From Vicugna vicugna (taxonomy: Eukaryota): a stretch of DNA of 64,000 bases. Each line of letters starts with the position of its first letter. The first letter of the stretch is position 1. This document shows, piece after piece, positions 12,126 through 24,545 of the stretch. Under the pieces are notes generated by a model that did no database searches, was not told where the DNA came from, and worked only from the letters and a program-made list of their open reading frames with translations. The position numbers were made by a program, and so were the translations under genes. The stretch is taken from assembly GCA_013265495.1 (NCBI GenBank), contig MU059972.1:947915-1011914 (forward strand), read 5' to 3'.

Positions 12126-15100
12126 ACAGGCACGCCGTGGGAAAGGACTCTGGCAGAAAACTTTACATATTTAAGTAGTTTCTTTTTAAAAAGCAAACAA
12201 ACAAAAAATTTGTCATTTTAGGTTTCATTTCTAGTTTCACTATCTAGACTTAATTACAAAGTAACTGTTTCCTGCTCTTCCCACCTCAGTGTGCAAAGAC
12301 AGGATGCTGTTCCATTAGTTTTAAATGCAGGCTGCAGAAGTGGGGTAGGAGCGTGTGCGCCTGAAATCAAATTGCCCATAAGTAAACTTTTACCATCCAC
12401 CATTGCGAGGTGTAGCAAGTAACTGTCTAACCAGTGTGAAGCAACAACAACAGTGAAGGATTCAGTGTTCACCTGATTCTTCAAAATTTTTGATTTAAAA
12501 TAATGAGTGCCACACTCATGCTACTCGGTACCTCAGTGAGATGTGGAAACACACACGTTTGTGTACTATATAAATAATATAAAGTTATTGTATACATTTA
12601 TATAAATAAAGATTAAAAATATATCTTTTAAACTTATACTTTCAAAAGAACCTGTGTTTAAAGATGAACATACTGAGAGTTGGTATTTGAATCCACAGTT
12701 ACATTTTTTTTTGCTGTTAATGGAAATTATTTAAATTCAGCACACACTAGGACAAATCACTTAAAATCCATCATTTATAAGTAAACCAAATGGTTAGCAG
12801 TAGTAGACATTTACAAGCCATTCAAAGTCACTTAAAAGCAGACAGTTTTGAAAAGGATTCGCTTTTCAGTTTTCTCATTACCCTATGCAGAGGTAGGACT
12901 ACTGGAAAGAATCATTACAAACTTGGCCCCAAAGAGGTGTATTTTGCTGCCCCATAGCTTCCTGGCCTCCTTGTCACCACACATGTCACTCCCGCAGCCC
13001 AGGGCGATGAGCAAGGGGAGAGTACTACCGAGACAGGGCCGGCTAATGAGGGTTCACAGCCTCAACTCTCACGGACGGCCACGGGGCACCGCAGCACCGG
13101 TGCAGATGGGTCCTGGGCTGTGTCACGCCAGACGCAGGAACTCTCACAGAAGGGCAGGGGCTTCTGCTGCCCGGTTGCTTAGGCTGGCAACTGGGACCCT
13201 GTGGCCCGGCGGTCACGCCAAAATGCACCGAGCCCCATCACACCACTGCTGGGGACCTGGCAGGTTTAATCCTCAGTGTGCAGTCTAAAGGAAACCCCAG
13301 AAACCAAGTTACCTCTTCAGTCAATCAACTGGTAAAAAAAAATTAAGTGTCCCCTTAAACTAGTTTAAAACCCACACAACTGACACTCAAAACTCGTAGC
13401 ACACCACCTGCTCACAGCACAGAGGCTCGCTCCCGGTAACTTGATAACAGCCCCTTCCTGGGGCCCAGGTGCCAACAGGTTTGCACTTGGGTTTCACTGT
13501 TATGATTAGGTCCAACCAAAAGGCGCTTTCTCTCCTGGCAAACTGGAATTTAAATTCTAGGGTAAGAAGTGGAAGAAAAAGATCGCCTAACTTCAAATAC
13601 GTGAGCTCACAGCTGTGGGCCAGCAAAGCAGGCAGTCCATCTGGCAGCTGCCGCGTCTTTGTGGGACAGAGGGGCAGTGCAGCGTGGGGCTCCCGAGCGA
13701 GAACCAGAGTCCCAGCTCTCCTGCCTCCCAGCCTTTGGGTCTTGGACGAATGACGCAAACTAGCCAGACCCCAGCTTCTTCATTTGAAGTATGCGGACAG
13801 CAGCAGCCGTGTTACGTCCTCGCGCCCATTCGATGAGATGAGCCCTGTAACACGCTCAGCACGTGCTCCACACAGTTCACATGGGATTAACATGCACACA
13901 AGTATCGGTAACCCTCAACTTGTGAAACCCACACCCTTTCCCCTCATCAGACTGAGTTCAACTCTCCTGCGGTGCCTGGGAGCAATTCACCCAACAAACC
14001 CCAGAACCTAAACGTGCAAGACTATGTCACTAAAACAACCTCTGCAATGAAGTCAACAGGCCCCACATCTGCTGAGAGACTTGTCCTCTGCCAGACACCT
14101 GACCCACTCCGTCACAACAACCTTCCAAATAAGTGACGTTCCCCCCAAGAGAGAAGGAAACCTAGGCCACATGGCCACTGGGCGCGGTCCCGGGACTGCA
14201 TCTCAGAGCTGCTGCCAGAGCGTGTGCCCAGACCCAGAGCTGGATCTACGCGTGAACGGGCTCCTGCTACCTGCTAGGACCCAACCCCAACTGACCGCCA
14301 CTGTTTCTATAAAATGGGACCTGAATTCCAAACTGACTTTGCAAATTCTTTTCTGGACCACAGTCCTCACATAAACTGGGGGCTTCTACTGAATCAGGAG
14401 AGTCTGCCTGCTGTCCTCTCCTCCCTTCTGAAGGTCTGTGCTGAGCCATCCAGCTTCCTACCACAGCCTTTCCAGAACCAAAACCACACACTTTCAGAGA
14501 TGGAAAAGTGTATGAACTATATAGACTATTGGTAAAAAGGAGTGATGACCACATGGGAATTGAACTTGGGATGCCAGTCACTAACTTTTTTATTTTAAAC
14601 CTGTCTGAAGTTTGAACCTTAGGCACTTAAACTAAAGATGAATCAAACAAAAGAAAGCCCCCAAAGGTGCACACCTCTATACTGACACCACAGGAAACGC
14701 TGACTCAAATGAAAATCCAAGGCCGCTGTACTGTGCATGGAAAAGAAGTACCCTGAGAGCCTGTTTGTGCCCCCAGTTTGAATGATGGAAACCATGTCAG
14801 CAGTCCAAGCACAAGAAAACTTCCCTGCTCTCAAGGGCAGGTTTCAGCATTGACCAGAAAAGAAGATGGAGGAGCGCACAGTCCCGAGTATACCTGCTCC
14901 CGTCAAGGGGGCGGGGGACTGGCGCTGTCAAAGGTGCTCAGCCTTTCAGGGAGCATTGGTGGCTTTGAGAATCTGATGACTGGGATGGTTCCTCTCCCAA
15001 GAAAAACCTGGAGGTACACCATTTATCTTCCACTTCAGAGAGTTTAAAACTTGAGGTCCACCATCACCCCCAGATAAAGAAGTCTTACCCTTAGCATGTT

Positions 15101-17229
15101 GTACGTTACTCTATTACATACCCATACTCACCACACTGTACATGACTATCTGTTTGCAAAAGTCTGTAGAGACGCCCCCCTGCCCCTCACGAAGTACCTG
15201 TGTGGAAGGGCTCAGACTCACTTGCGTTCCGCGAGCTCAGCAAACGGCTGGCACTTAGTAGCAGAACTACCACATCCATAACTTATTGTCTAAACTCAGG
15301 GACGGGTTTGCGACTGAAAGGGGCCACTGTTACCAACCACAACAGGCATGAAAATGGGCTGTCCCGGGCACACCAGAACACACAGGCACCTACAGGAGGC
15401 CTTGACAATTTCCTGAGGAAAGGAGTCACATCTCTTTTCTCTATGGGACCTCCTGGGATTTTACAATCTGAGGCCACGCATAGGTGAATATCTCACAGAG
15501 GAAACATGTCAGAGAATCTACCTGCTTATCAGAAGCAACCTGAGTCACACTGGCTGCAAACAAGAGGAGTGTCACCGGGGGTCAGGAGATGGTTTCTGTT
15601 CCAGGACTCACTCTGGGCAAGTTAATTGGCTCTCTGGGCATCAGCATCCTGCTCTGAGGTGAATTCAATCTGACACACATCTGAGTACATGCTCCCTGTC
15701 AGGTGCCAGGAAAAACATGTGGTCTGTTAAGTGCACACAACAAAATGTGGGGGTCCTCTGAGCACGTCTTCACCAGCTCCCAGGCTCACGATTTTTACTC
15801 AGTTTGTTCTTCTCACACAATCACCCTGTAACCCAGCATTCTTGGCCAAGTTTAAAACTCTTTAGTCCTTTGATCCACAAGATAGTGAACTTGCCTGGAG
15901 AAGAAACTAACACATGTCCGTCATCATGTCTCTAAAGCATACTATGTTTGGCAGACAGCGGCCGGTAAATGCCTCCTGAACAGATGACAAAGCCTCAGTA
16001 CTTGATAAACCACCTGCTGCACACCAGGAAGAAATGTGAAATAAGCACCTGGCTTTCAGAAGACCGCCCTACCCTCAGACCCAGAGCGCGTGCCGTCTCA
16101 TTTCCCAGCAGGCATTCTGGGAGGCACCCTGACTCCCACGGCACTGCTACAGTACAGAACATTTGGGAACTTCTCTTTCCAAGTGACCTTTAGAACCTGC
16201 AGAACACTGCCCTGGCACTCTCAGTGGCAGCAAACCTTCCTCCTCTCGAGGCGGGTCACTTTGAAAAACTGCAGGAGGCTGTTCAGAGCCTGGTCTACTA
16301 AGTAGGGTGAGTTCCCAAGCCAGATGAGATGATTCTTGGTCAAACATGGGGTGAGACTTGCTTCCTCAGATGGCTTACATATTTACCTCCTAAACCTCCT
16401 AGGACTTCTAAAGAGGTTCTGGCAGAGGAGCACCAATGAAATACAAGCATCACCTTCCAGGGTAACAACTTCCGACAGAGCAGTCCCTACGTCAGCGCCC
16501 AAGAGCTGGTACATCTGGTTAGAATTCGGATTTGTAACTTCATAGATTTACAACATCCAGAGGAAGTTAAAGTTGGTGACAGAAAGCACCCCAAACTGAC
16601 CAGGCCTGACACCAAACAACTCCTTGGGGAGGAAGCACTCACCTTAAGATGACCTGTAAAAAAGGGGGAAAACTTCTGCTCTCTGGAATTGATTCCACAG
16701 AGCTTTCTTACAGTGTTTGATGGTTTCCCATCCAAAACTCAGAAGAGTTCCAGCCTCTGAGACACATCTGACTGGTTTCCAGAGCTGGCTGGGCTCCACA
16801 CATGTGCTCAGACTGTAAAATCCTCAGGCAGAGACTTCCCTGCCAGGGAAGTGGGAATCAGCCTGGCTCCAGGCTCACCCTGAGAATCCCAACCTCTGCT
16901 CTGGGAAAGGACTGCTCCACAGGCAACATGAAAGAGATGAGCCTCAAAATAGAAACAATGAGAGCCATTGCTATGCTTCTAACACTCTCTTCTCCCATTC
17001 TTCCCAACGGATCTGAAGACCGACCTACTCTTTCAGAGGTGGAGCTGAACAGCTCATTTAAGATGATTAGCCACTCTACCCGGCAAACTCAGCTGTTACA
17101 TAAAGTATTCAGGAAAACTTAAGTTTTAGCAGGAGCAGGGCTGGAAGTCCTGAAATCTTCTCCCAGCAAGGACCCGGCAGCCTCTGGGCTCTTAACCAAA
17201 GGGGTAAGGAAGTCACTCTGGAGAGTGGC

Positions 17230-18280
17230 GCGCGTCTTAGGCCACAGCCAACGTCCAACTTGTGGCCGCCAGGAAGCCGAGGGAGCAAGTTGCAGGAGGC
17301 TAGGAAAGCTCAAAGCTCCCGAAGAGCCTATCCCCAGCTCGGAGAACGAATCCACGCGCCTCCCTCTGCCGCCCCACGTCTTTGTAGGCGGCAAAGAGCG
17401 CCACGCGAATGTCCCGGAAGAGGAATGACAGCTTTGAGAGAATCAACCCCACGGCAGGGCGCGGAGGTAGCCGCCGGGCGCTTGGGCTGAGGAGATTTCA
17501 GGGACCCTGGCCAGGTCGTCGCGGACGGGAAGCGGGATCGTGCCTGGGTCGGCCTCCCCTTCCAGGGGCTCAAGAGCCACGCTTCGGCCGGTGGGCAGCC
17601 TGGAGCGCTCCCCGGAGGCGGAGGCGGCAAGGCTCCGGGGCCTCGGCTCCGCGCCGCCGCCACGCTCCCCGCTCGGCCGCCTCGGCCTCCTCCTCCCGCC
17701 GACCCGGCCTCCCAGCCGCCGCCACCGCTTACCTCAGCGCGAGGACGGGGAGGGGGGCCACGGCTCCGCGGGGGTTGGGGCGGTGCGGGGAAGACGTCCC
17801 TCGGTCCTTCCGCTCCTCACAGGCTCCGACTTGAGGCGCGACGCGGGCGGAACAAACGGGCTCCACTACCCTCGGGGGCCGGCCATTGTGCGACGTCATC
17901 AGGCCGCGACGGTTGTCCTGCGGCCCGGCGGGCTTCCTTGACTCGCCCCGCCCTCCGCCTGCTTCCTTCCGGCCTCCTCGCTGCCGCCTCCGCGAGGCCC
18001 CGCCCCCGCGGCGCGCGCCCGCCCGAGCCCGCCACGGCGTAGGCGCGCCTTCGGCCCCGCCCCCCGGGGGGCGGGTCTCCGAGCGCGCGCACCGCCCGAT
18101 GAGCCGCGGGGAGGGCTGCCCGCGCCACGCGGCCACGTGACGGGCGAGCGCGGGTTCGCGCCAGGCGACTGGCGCTGCGGGCGGGACCCCGCGATCCCGG
18201 GGCTCCGAGCTCATCTCCCCGGCGAGCCTGAGGAGCTCCCGCGCCACGGGGCGTGCGCGCCCAGCAAAGAGTTAATCCTG
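17230..18280. promoter_or_regulatory. CpG-island promoter of ZC3H18
   Basis: Very dense CpG. YY1-like GGCCATT (17881), CRE-like TGACGTCG (minus, 17891-17898), GC box CCCCGCCC (17946-17953), E-box CACGTGAC (18134-18141). Confidence 0.9.
17733..17870 (-). other. ZC3H18: ZC3H18 non-coding exon 1 (5' boundary approximate)
   Basis: Strong donor GCTGAG|GTAAGC at 17733/17732 inside the CpG island, upstream of exon 2 on the same strand. Confidence 0.75.
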
Positions 18281-18556
18281 TTGGAGAAATGAGCTTAAAG
18301 ATCAATGATGAAGCATTTTAAACTGTTCCCGTGGGATTGGCTAGCTCCTCACTCTATTCCACGTATCAGTTCAACACAAACTGACTGTTTTCGAGATACT
18401 GAGTTTAAGTCTCAAAGCCTAAGCATTTTAGACTGTTTCCGGGCGACTAAATAGCTCTTACTTTATCAAATACAATCAGTTCAACACAAAATCTTATCAT
18501 TTTTTTGAGATGCTGAGTTTAAATGTCAGAGCTTAAACATTTTTAACTGTCGCCAA

Positions 18557-18903
18557 TGTTAAGAAACAATAGGCCCAAAGCGGAGTCACTAACTCCACCA
18601 AGACTTAACAGCTCATCTGATGGAAGTTTCAGCCTCTCCCAGGGGTGGAAACTGAAACCCCATCATCCTGGAACTTTCTGGTCAGCACCAAGGAGGTGAT
18701 CTGCCTAAGAGCCCCTGCCTGCTGTCCCCCCGGGGAAGGTGACTTTGTCTGAACAATGGCCCTCCTAGCGCCTGTGAGAACCTCGGCTTTGCACAGCTCC
18801 TAGAGGCCTTTCCACGTGCTAGGTGGGATGCTTTCTGGTTCATAAATTGTTGAATAAAGCTAATTAGATCTTCAGATTAACTCAGCTGAATTTATTTTAC
18901 ACA
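18557..18903 (+). mobile_element. Solo LTR, probably ERV1-class
   Basis: Begins TGTTAAGAAACAA, ends TTTATTTTACACA (TG...CA). AATAAA at 18853-18858 followed by a U5-like AATTAGATCTTCA...TTTATTTTACA. It interrupts one unit of the flanking tandem array. Confidence 0.75.
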
Positions 18904-18984
18904 GCTTTCTTAAAAAATAACCAGCGCAGCATAAAGCTTAATCATTTTTGAGATACTGAGTTTAAATATCAAAGCTTAAAGCGT

Positions 18985-19100
18985 TTTTGAGTTAAAATTT
19001 TAAAAAACATTTTTTACACAATTTTAAGTTATTTGCCATTTAGTTATTACAAAATATTGGCTATAATCCCCATGTCGTACAATACATCCTTGAGCCTGTC
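18985..19100 (-). mobile_element. Short 5'-truncated artiodactyl-type L1 3' end
   Basis: T-rich tail then AGTTATTACAAAATATTGGCTATAATCCCCATGTCGTACAATACATCCTTGAGCC, the antisense of a common cetartiodactyl L1 terminus. Approximate AAGCTTAA duplication on both sides. Confidence 0.75.
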
Positions 19101-19259
19101 TTACACTCCGAAGCTTAACATTTTAAACCATTTCTGTGGGAATAAACAACTCCGCATCTTGCTAAACGTGATCAGCTTAACACAAAGTCACCTTTCCTTG
19201 ACCAGAAGGACGTCCTGTGGCATTTGGGGCGTGTTTGAAGCCTTCACGGCCTCACAGAA

Positions 19260-19430
19260 CCGTCCCACAGAGGCTCAGACTCTCCCTGCTGGAGGAGGGA
19301 CCCACACTAGAGGGACCCGGGCTTGGTCGAACACCTTGCTTTCCTTGCCTTAAAACTCTTGGTCATTTTTGAACAAGGGCCCGTGTTTTCATCTTGCACT
19401 GGACCCTGCAAATTCTGTGGCTGGCCCTGG
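19260..19430 (+). mobile_element. MER45-like hAT-Tip100 MITE
   Basis: TTTTTGAACAAGGGCCCGTGTTTTCATCTTGCACTGGACCCTGCAAATTCTGTGGCTGGCCCTG matches my recollection of the MER45A 3' end. Confidence 0.6.
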
Positions 19431-19679
19431 GGGTACCTAGGGGTTTGAGAGCCCCATCTCTCTGCTCCAGAGAGCCCGCAGTGAGCACAAAGAAGATCCC
19501 CTCCTCAGGGCAGCCCGCCCCATCCAGCCCACTAAGGCAAGTGTCTGCACACAGAGGAGTTGACTGGGCTCCTGCATGCTTGCCCGTGTTATCCGTATGA
19601 GCAAGGGAAGAAATGAGCGCGTAGACAGAGCTAACCCATGACCCGGCCATGCCACCCCCAGAGCAATGAAACCCTGTAC

Positions 19680-19980
19680 GGGAACGTTCCAGCAGTGTTA
19701 TTGACAACAGCCGCGGAGTGAAAACAGCCTGGATGTCCTTCAGCAGACGGTGAATCAACAGACTGTGGTCCGTGCATGAAGCAGAATGCTGTTCAGCCCT
19801 ATGAAAGGGCGACGTCTGTAAAAGAGGAGACACCAGATGCCAGCCCCGGTGGGACACAGAAGGGGGAGGGGCTCTCAGCAGAGCCCGGCCACTCCGGCAC
19901 CCTGACCCCGGACTCCCACCCGCCACAGCCATGAGAAGTTAGTGTGAGTTGTTTAAGCTCCCCGGTGCTTTCTGCTGGTC
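19680..19980 (+). mobile_element. L1 3' UTR fragment followed by a MaLR-type LTR fragment
   Basis: GATGTCCTTCAGCAGACGGTGAATCAACAGACTGTGGTCC (L1), then CCCTGACCCCGGACTCCCACCCGCCACAGCCATGAGAAG..TGTTTAAGC (MaLR LTR tail). Confidence 0.55.
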
Positions 19981-21369
19981 CCTGCGGTCTTCCCCAGGCG
20001 GGCACTTCCCCTTAAGCCCCAGCTGTTGAGCCTCGTCTCCTCAGCTCAGCAAGGCTGTGCCTCCTGCTTCTGTCCCCAAGGCCAGAGTGGTGTGGGGCTC
20101 ACTTTGTCCCCTGCCTTCCCCAGGGCTTTCCCAGCCGGCCCCCAAGTGCTTCAACGTGTGTGTCTTGATGGTTTTGCCCAGCTTTTGTGGTTGTCGTTAA
20201 CACAGGTGAGCTCGACACAAGGGCTTTTGACTGAAAGCCGCGCTTGGGAAGTGAGTATGCAGGACGAATCCACCAGAGGACTCACCTCTCCAAGCGGCCC
20301 AACGCCCACCAGCCTCCACTGCTGTCTGCGGCTGTCACCAGAGGGCGCGCCAGCCCAGGGTTCTGGGGCCCCGGGCCGGGTGGGCCTCACGCTTCTGGAC
20401 TTCCACAAGCCATCTGTCCCTGCACTTGCTCCCGGTCGAGTGGTGAGGGGCACGGGAGGGCACCAGCTCGTGCACACACACACCCCTTCATCCAAACTGC
20501 CACTCACATCACAGCCCCTACCCAGATGCAGTGAGAGGCTGCAGAGGGGTGGGCTCCACCGTTAGGGGTGTTGACCCCCGTGGGACGCCTGTCCCCTCCA
20601 GGCTCCATCCCGACCTCCGAGGGGTCCCAGCACTGATCCCACCCGGCCTCCTTCCCTCCCTGGAGACGTTCGGGGCCACTCTTACGCCCCGCAGAGCAGT
20701 GGCCACCTGCCTCCGCTTGTCTGACGAGGTCTGCAGGCCCCCCCAGGAGGCTGGGGAGGGACTCCCAGGACCCCTCACTGGAGGTTTTGGGCTTCGTGTG
20801 TTTTTGCCGCCCTGGCACTTGGCAGCGCCTCCACACGCTGGTTCTGGTGAGTGAATGAATGAGTGAATGGATGTGGAACTAAGGGGCGAAGGGCAGCCCA
20901 GCTCCCCCCTCGCAGCCTTTAGCAGCAGCCGGAGACTTCTTCCCACGGTGACAGCTTGCACACGGCACTTTCACACCCTGACACCCTCCTGCACCTTGGC
21001 CACCAGTAGAGCCCACGGGGCCCATGTGCCACGCCGAGGTGCAACCAGCAGCTTCCTGTCTCGGAAAACAAGTTGCCTGTGGTGCTCAGGCTTCAAGACA
21101 GCCGCTAGGAACCCCACCCGCCTGCCGCAGGGTTCGCGGCCTTGGGGACCGAGTGTGGGAAGGACCCCGTGATGCAGGTGGCCCTTCTGTGGGGCATCTC
21201 CGCACACTTTCTAACTGCAGAATCAATCCACATTTACTAATGCAGACATAGAAAATAAGGTGGCCCAGGATCTGGGTGTGTCCCTGTCCTCTCGGTGACT
21301 CTGCGGTCGCAGGGACAGGAGTGGCTGTCCAGCCTGTGGTCGAGGACACCTACTTTGTAGAAGGAGGGA

Positions 21370-21600
21370 TCTGGGTTCAAAGCCCAGCTCTGTCGTTGAC
21401 TAGCTGTGTGCTTTGAGAAGCTTCCTTGCCTCTGTGAGACTCTGCTTTCTGTTCTGAAAATTGGCAACAGTAACAGTGGCCTCCAGGAGGGGAGGGCTGT
21501 GACTGCCACGAGAGGCCGAGGGCTGTGCCCCACGCGGGCCACTTGCTAAGCTCCTGGTGGACGGTTGCTGTGAGACTTGAACACATTTCGCAAACGAGAA
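21370..21600 (+). mobile_element. MIR SINE remnant
   Basis: CTGGGTTCAAAGCCCAGCTCTGTCGTTGACTAGCTGTGTGCTTTGAGAAG...CTGAAAATTGG is a MIR core. Confidence 0.65.
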
Positions 21601-23902
21601 AGAGCACTTACCCGCCAGTCAGAGCCCGCCGTTAGCTCGTCGCGCTGTGAACGTCTTTCTGTGTCGATTGATTGCTCCTACGACATCAGTTTTAATGGCT
21701 AGACTTTCTGCTGTGGGGACACAGCACCGAGTCCTTTCCTCTCTGAGTGGACAGCTAAATCGTCAGAGAGCTGTCTCACTAGGAACAAAAGTGGCGGAGG
21801 AGGCTGGCTGCACCTGGGGCACCAGGGGGTGGGGACGCAAGAAACTCTGTGCGATGGGGACTGTCCACAGGCAAGTTAGTACGTGAGAACTCAAGGTGGA
21901 GGAGGCACTCCCTATGTAGGTGCTGGTCAGCGATGCCTTTGCCCCTCTGGCCGTCTTTTCTGTCTGAGAGAGGAGGAGGGCCTGGAGGACGAGGGAAGTG
22001 TGAGATCAAAGACGGGTACTAGTCCCAGCTGGGTGGCTTCAGCACCAGCCAGGAGGACCGCAGTTGGGGGCTGTCCTGGGAGCTGAATTCCTGGGGGAGG
22101 ACCATCCTAGAGGAGGCAGGAGAGGAGCCAGAGGTGGGCTGGGCGTGGCAGCAGCAGAAGGGGAGAGACAGGGCAACCCTCTGTCCACCAGGCACCGCTG
22201 AGCCCCTCAGGCCCTCCCAGTGCTCCGGGGAGCCCTGTGGGGGCTGGGGTGCTTGTTGGGGGCAGTGGAGACCACAGCCTGCCAAGTGTGCCGTCTCTTC
22301 TGTCACCCTTTGCCCTCCCCACCGGTCCTCCCCCTTCTCCACTCATCTTTGTGGTCCTGAGTCCAGCCAGGTCCCGGAAATCCTACTTTCTGGATCAAGC
22401 TGATGAAAATGCACTCAGCCAGGACTCTTGGACAGGAGTGTCCACAGCAGTGGTGGCTGTGATTCCCCCAAGCTGAGACCCCCCCAAAGTCCATCGACAG
22501 CCTGTGGTGCATGGACACACTGCGGTCCAGTCCTCTGGGGGAGAGTCACACAGCTGAGGGAACGGTGAGCTACTGCACCCACGGCCAGGGTGACTCTCCA
22601 CCTGCTGACCTCAGTGGAGTGAGCAGGACGCCATCACGTGTGGATCTGGTTACAGAGGCTCCCGGATGGCACAGCAGTGGAAGCCAGCCAGGGTGGGGGT
22701 GGTAACTGCGTGCACACTTTATTCACCAACCTTCCTTCATGTTCTGTGTGCCTTTCTCTGAATGTATTCTGTTCCAAAATAAAAATGTAAAAATCAGAAA
22801 GACAGCAGGTGTTGGCCTTCCTGGGAGAGAAAGCCACTACAACACGCGTTCAAGGGCCTGCTCCTAGATATTCAATTCAGTGGTCAGGAACCTGCATGCT
22901 TACGGGTCCCTCCCGGGTCCTGGGGTGCATGCCTGTGACACACAGCCTGGCCTGGAATCTGCGTTTTAAATGCCTCTGAGGAGCCAGGCCCCTGGCCATT
23001 TGGGGGAGACAATTTGGGGACATTCCTGCTGAGGGGCCCCTTCAGGGTCTCTTCCCAAAGGCTAGCCCTCATGGGTACACAGCAGCCCCACCCCAGCAGG
23101 AAGGGTGGGACAGCCCTGCTCCCTGGAGCCTCGAGGCCCGGGCCCCTTCTCTTGAGCCGCCACACACGTCCTGAGCCCCATCTCCCTGCTGGCACGTGCT
23201 GCGGAGGCGCTTAGAGTCCCTTCCCCTCCAGATCGCGGTGGAGTGTCCTCGGAGCGGCCCCCACACCAGAGTCCCTTCCAGATTCCAGACACCCAGCAGC
23301 CACCAGGTAATCCCAGCCTGGCCACTCATGGGTAGGGGGACTGGTCCGCACCCTCCCCACCTTTGCCCTGGGTCTCTGCCCCCTCCCGTCCGGCCCGGAG
23401 GGCTCGGCTGGCTAGCCCGGTCCTTCCCAGCCTGCCGAACTCGTGGCCTGGGGGAGGCAGGGGGTGCTGTGGTCCTGGGCCTTCTTCTCACGGGGCGTCC
23501 TGCTGGGGCAGCTGCATCGGCAGGCGCTGGGCCCCGCGGTGTGGGCGGAGGGGCGTGGCGGAGCGGGGAGAAGCTGCGGGGCCCTGTGTCTGGGTGTGCG
23601 AGCTCCCGGCACGTATGTACATACGTGTGCGGCCTTGCAGCTGCAGGACCAAGAGCCTTGCCTGTGGGATCGCCTTTCCTCTCTCTCTGTCTCCCTCTGG
23701 GAGGAGGAAGAAGGCATTGAGGCTTCACCAGTAAGTTCTCAGTGCTGCCAAGTTTCTCCTGGGGGCTGGGCTGGGAGACGATGGTCCCAGCTGCCTGCCT
23801 GGTGGAACGTCTTGTGGAGAAAGGCTCGCATGCAGGCAGGAGGGAAGAGGGAGGTGGGGAGGGGGAGGGTCCCAGAGATGCCAAGGGGCAGGGATGGGGG
23901 AG

Positions 23903-23927
23903 CCCCCCCCCCCCCCCCCCCCCCCCC
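23903..23927 (+). repeat. Poly-C homopolymer (25 nt)
   Basis: Direct reading of the sequence. Confidence 0.95.
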
Positions 23928-24159
23928 ACCCCCCGCTGCAAGGGGCTTGCACAGCAGGTAGGGAGGCTGCTGGGTTCTGTTCCCCGGGCCATGGGCCTCC
24001 AGCAGCAGAAGGGAATTGGAGCCCTTGGAGGGAATTGGAGTTCACAGCGGCTGCTGGGACCCTGGGGCAATTGTCTCCTCCAGCTAAACAGGAGGGTGGC
24101 TCATTTTCAGGAGAGTGAGGGGCCACAGGCCACGTGGACCAAGTGTGGGGAGTGCCTGC

Positions 24160-24545
24160 AGGCGCTGTGGGCACAGGTGTGTGGTGTGTTCTGCATCCTA
24201 GTGCACCTGGGCGTGTGAGTGTGGATGGTGCGTGTCTGTGGTTACAGCAGACACCCGTGTTGTGGGGGTGTGGGCGAGTTGTGATGTGCATTTATGTGTG
24301 TGCGTTTGGGTCCCTGCGTGTGGGTACAGGTGTGTGTGGGGTGCCCACGTGTGTGTCGGGGTCTGCATGTGTCTGTGCACGGCTGGGTGTGTTGGGTGTG
24401 CTGTGCAGGGAGGGGGGTGTGGGTTTGTGAGTGGTGTGTTTCCACATGTTGGTGTGCACAGGGAGTTGTGCTATGTGTGTATTATGGCATGTTGTGTTTT
24501 GTGTGTATTGTGTGTGTGTTGTGTGTGTGCACAGGTGTGTGGTCT
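24160..24545 (+). repeat. Degenerate (TG)n-rich simple repeat
   Basis: Long interrupted GTGTGT runs. They explain the Cys/Val and His/Thr low-complexity ORFs here. Confidence 0.9.

Larger units (their letters stand above)
18280..19200. repeat. Degenerate ~110-bp tandem repeat, about 4 units plus a partial, split by two insertions
   Basis: Units start at 18311 (110 bp), 18421 (114 bp), 18535 (split by the LTR, resumes about 18902) and about 18978/19101 (split by L1). Shared blocks: AAGCATTTT(A/T)..ACTGT, ATCAGTTCAACACAAA, TTTGAGAT(A/G)CTGAGTTTAA..TCA.AGC(C/T)T. Confidence 0.8.

Noticed and set aside
21736-21785. Pre-miRNA-like hairpin
   Set aside because: Stems are short (7-8 bp) and mutually exclusive, with large bulges. 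Too weak for a miRNA precursor.
23069-24070. 333-aa minus-strand ORF and the nearby Cys/Val- or His/Thr-rich ORFs up to 25112
   Set aside because: Low-complexity products of GC-rich DNA, the poly-C run and the (TG)n repeat, with no domain motif.
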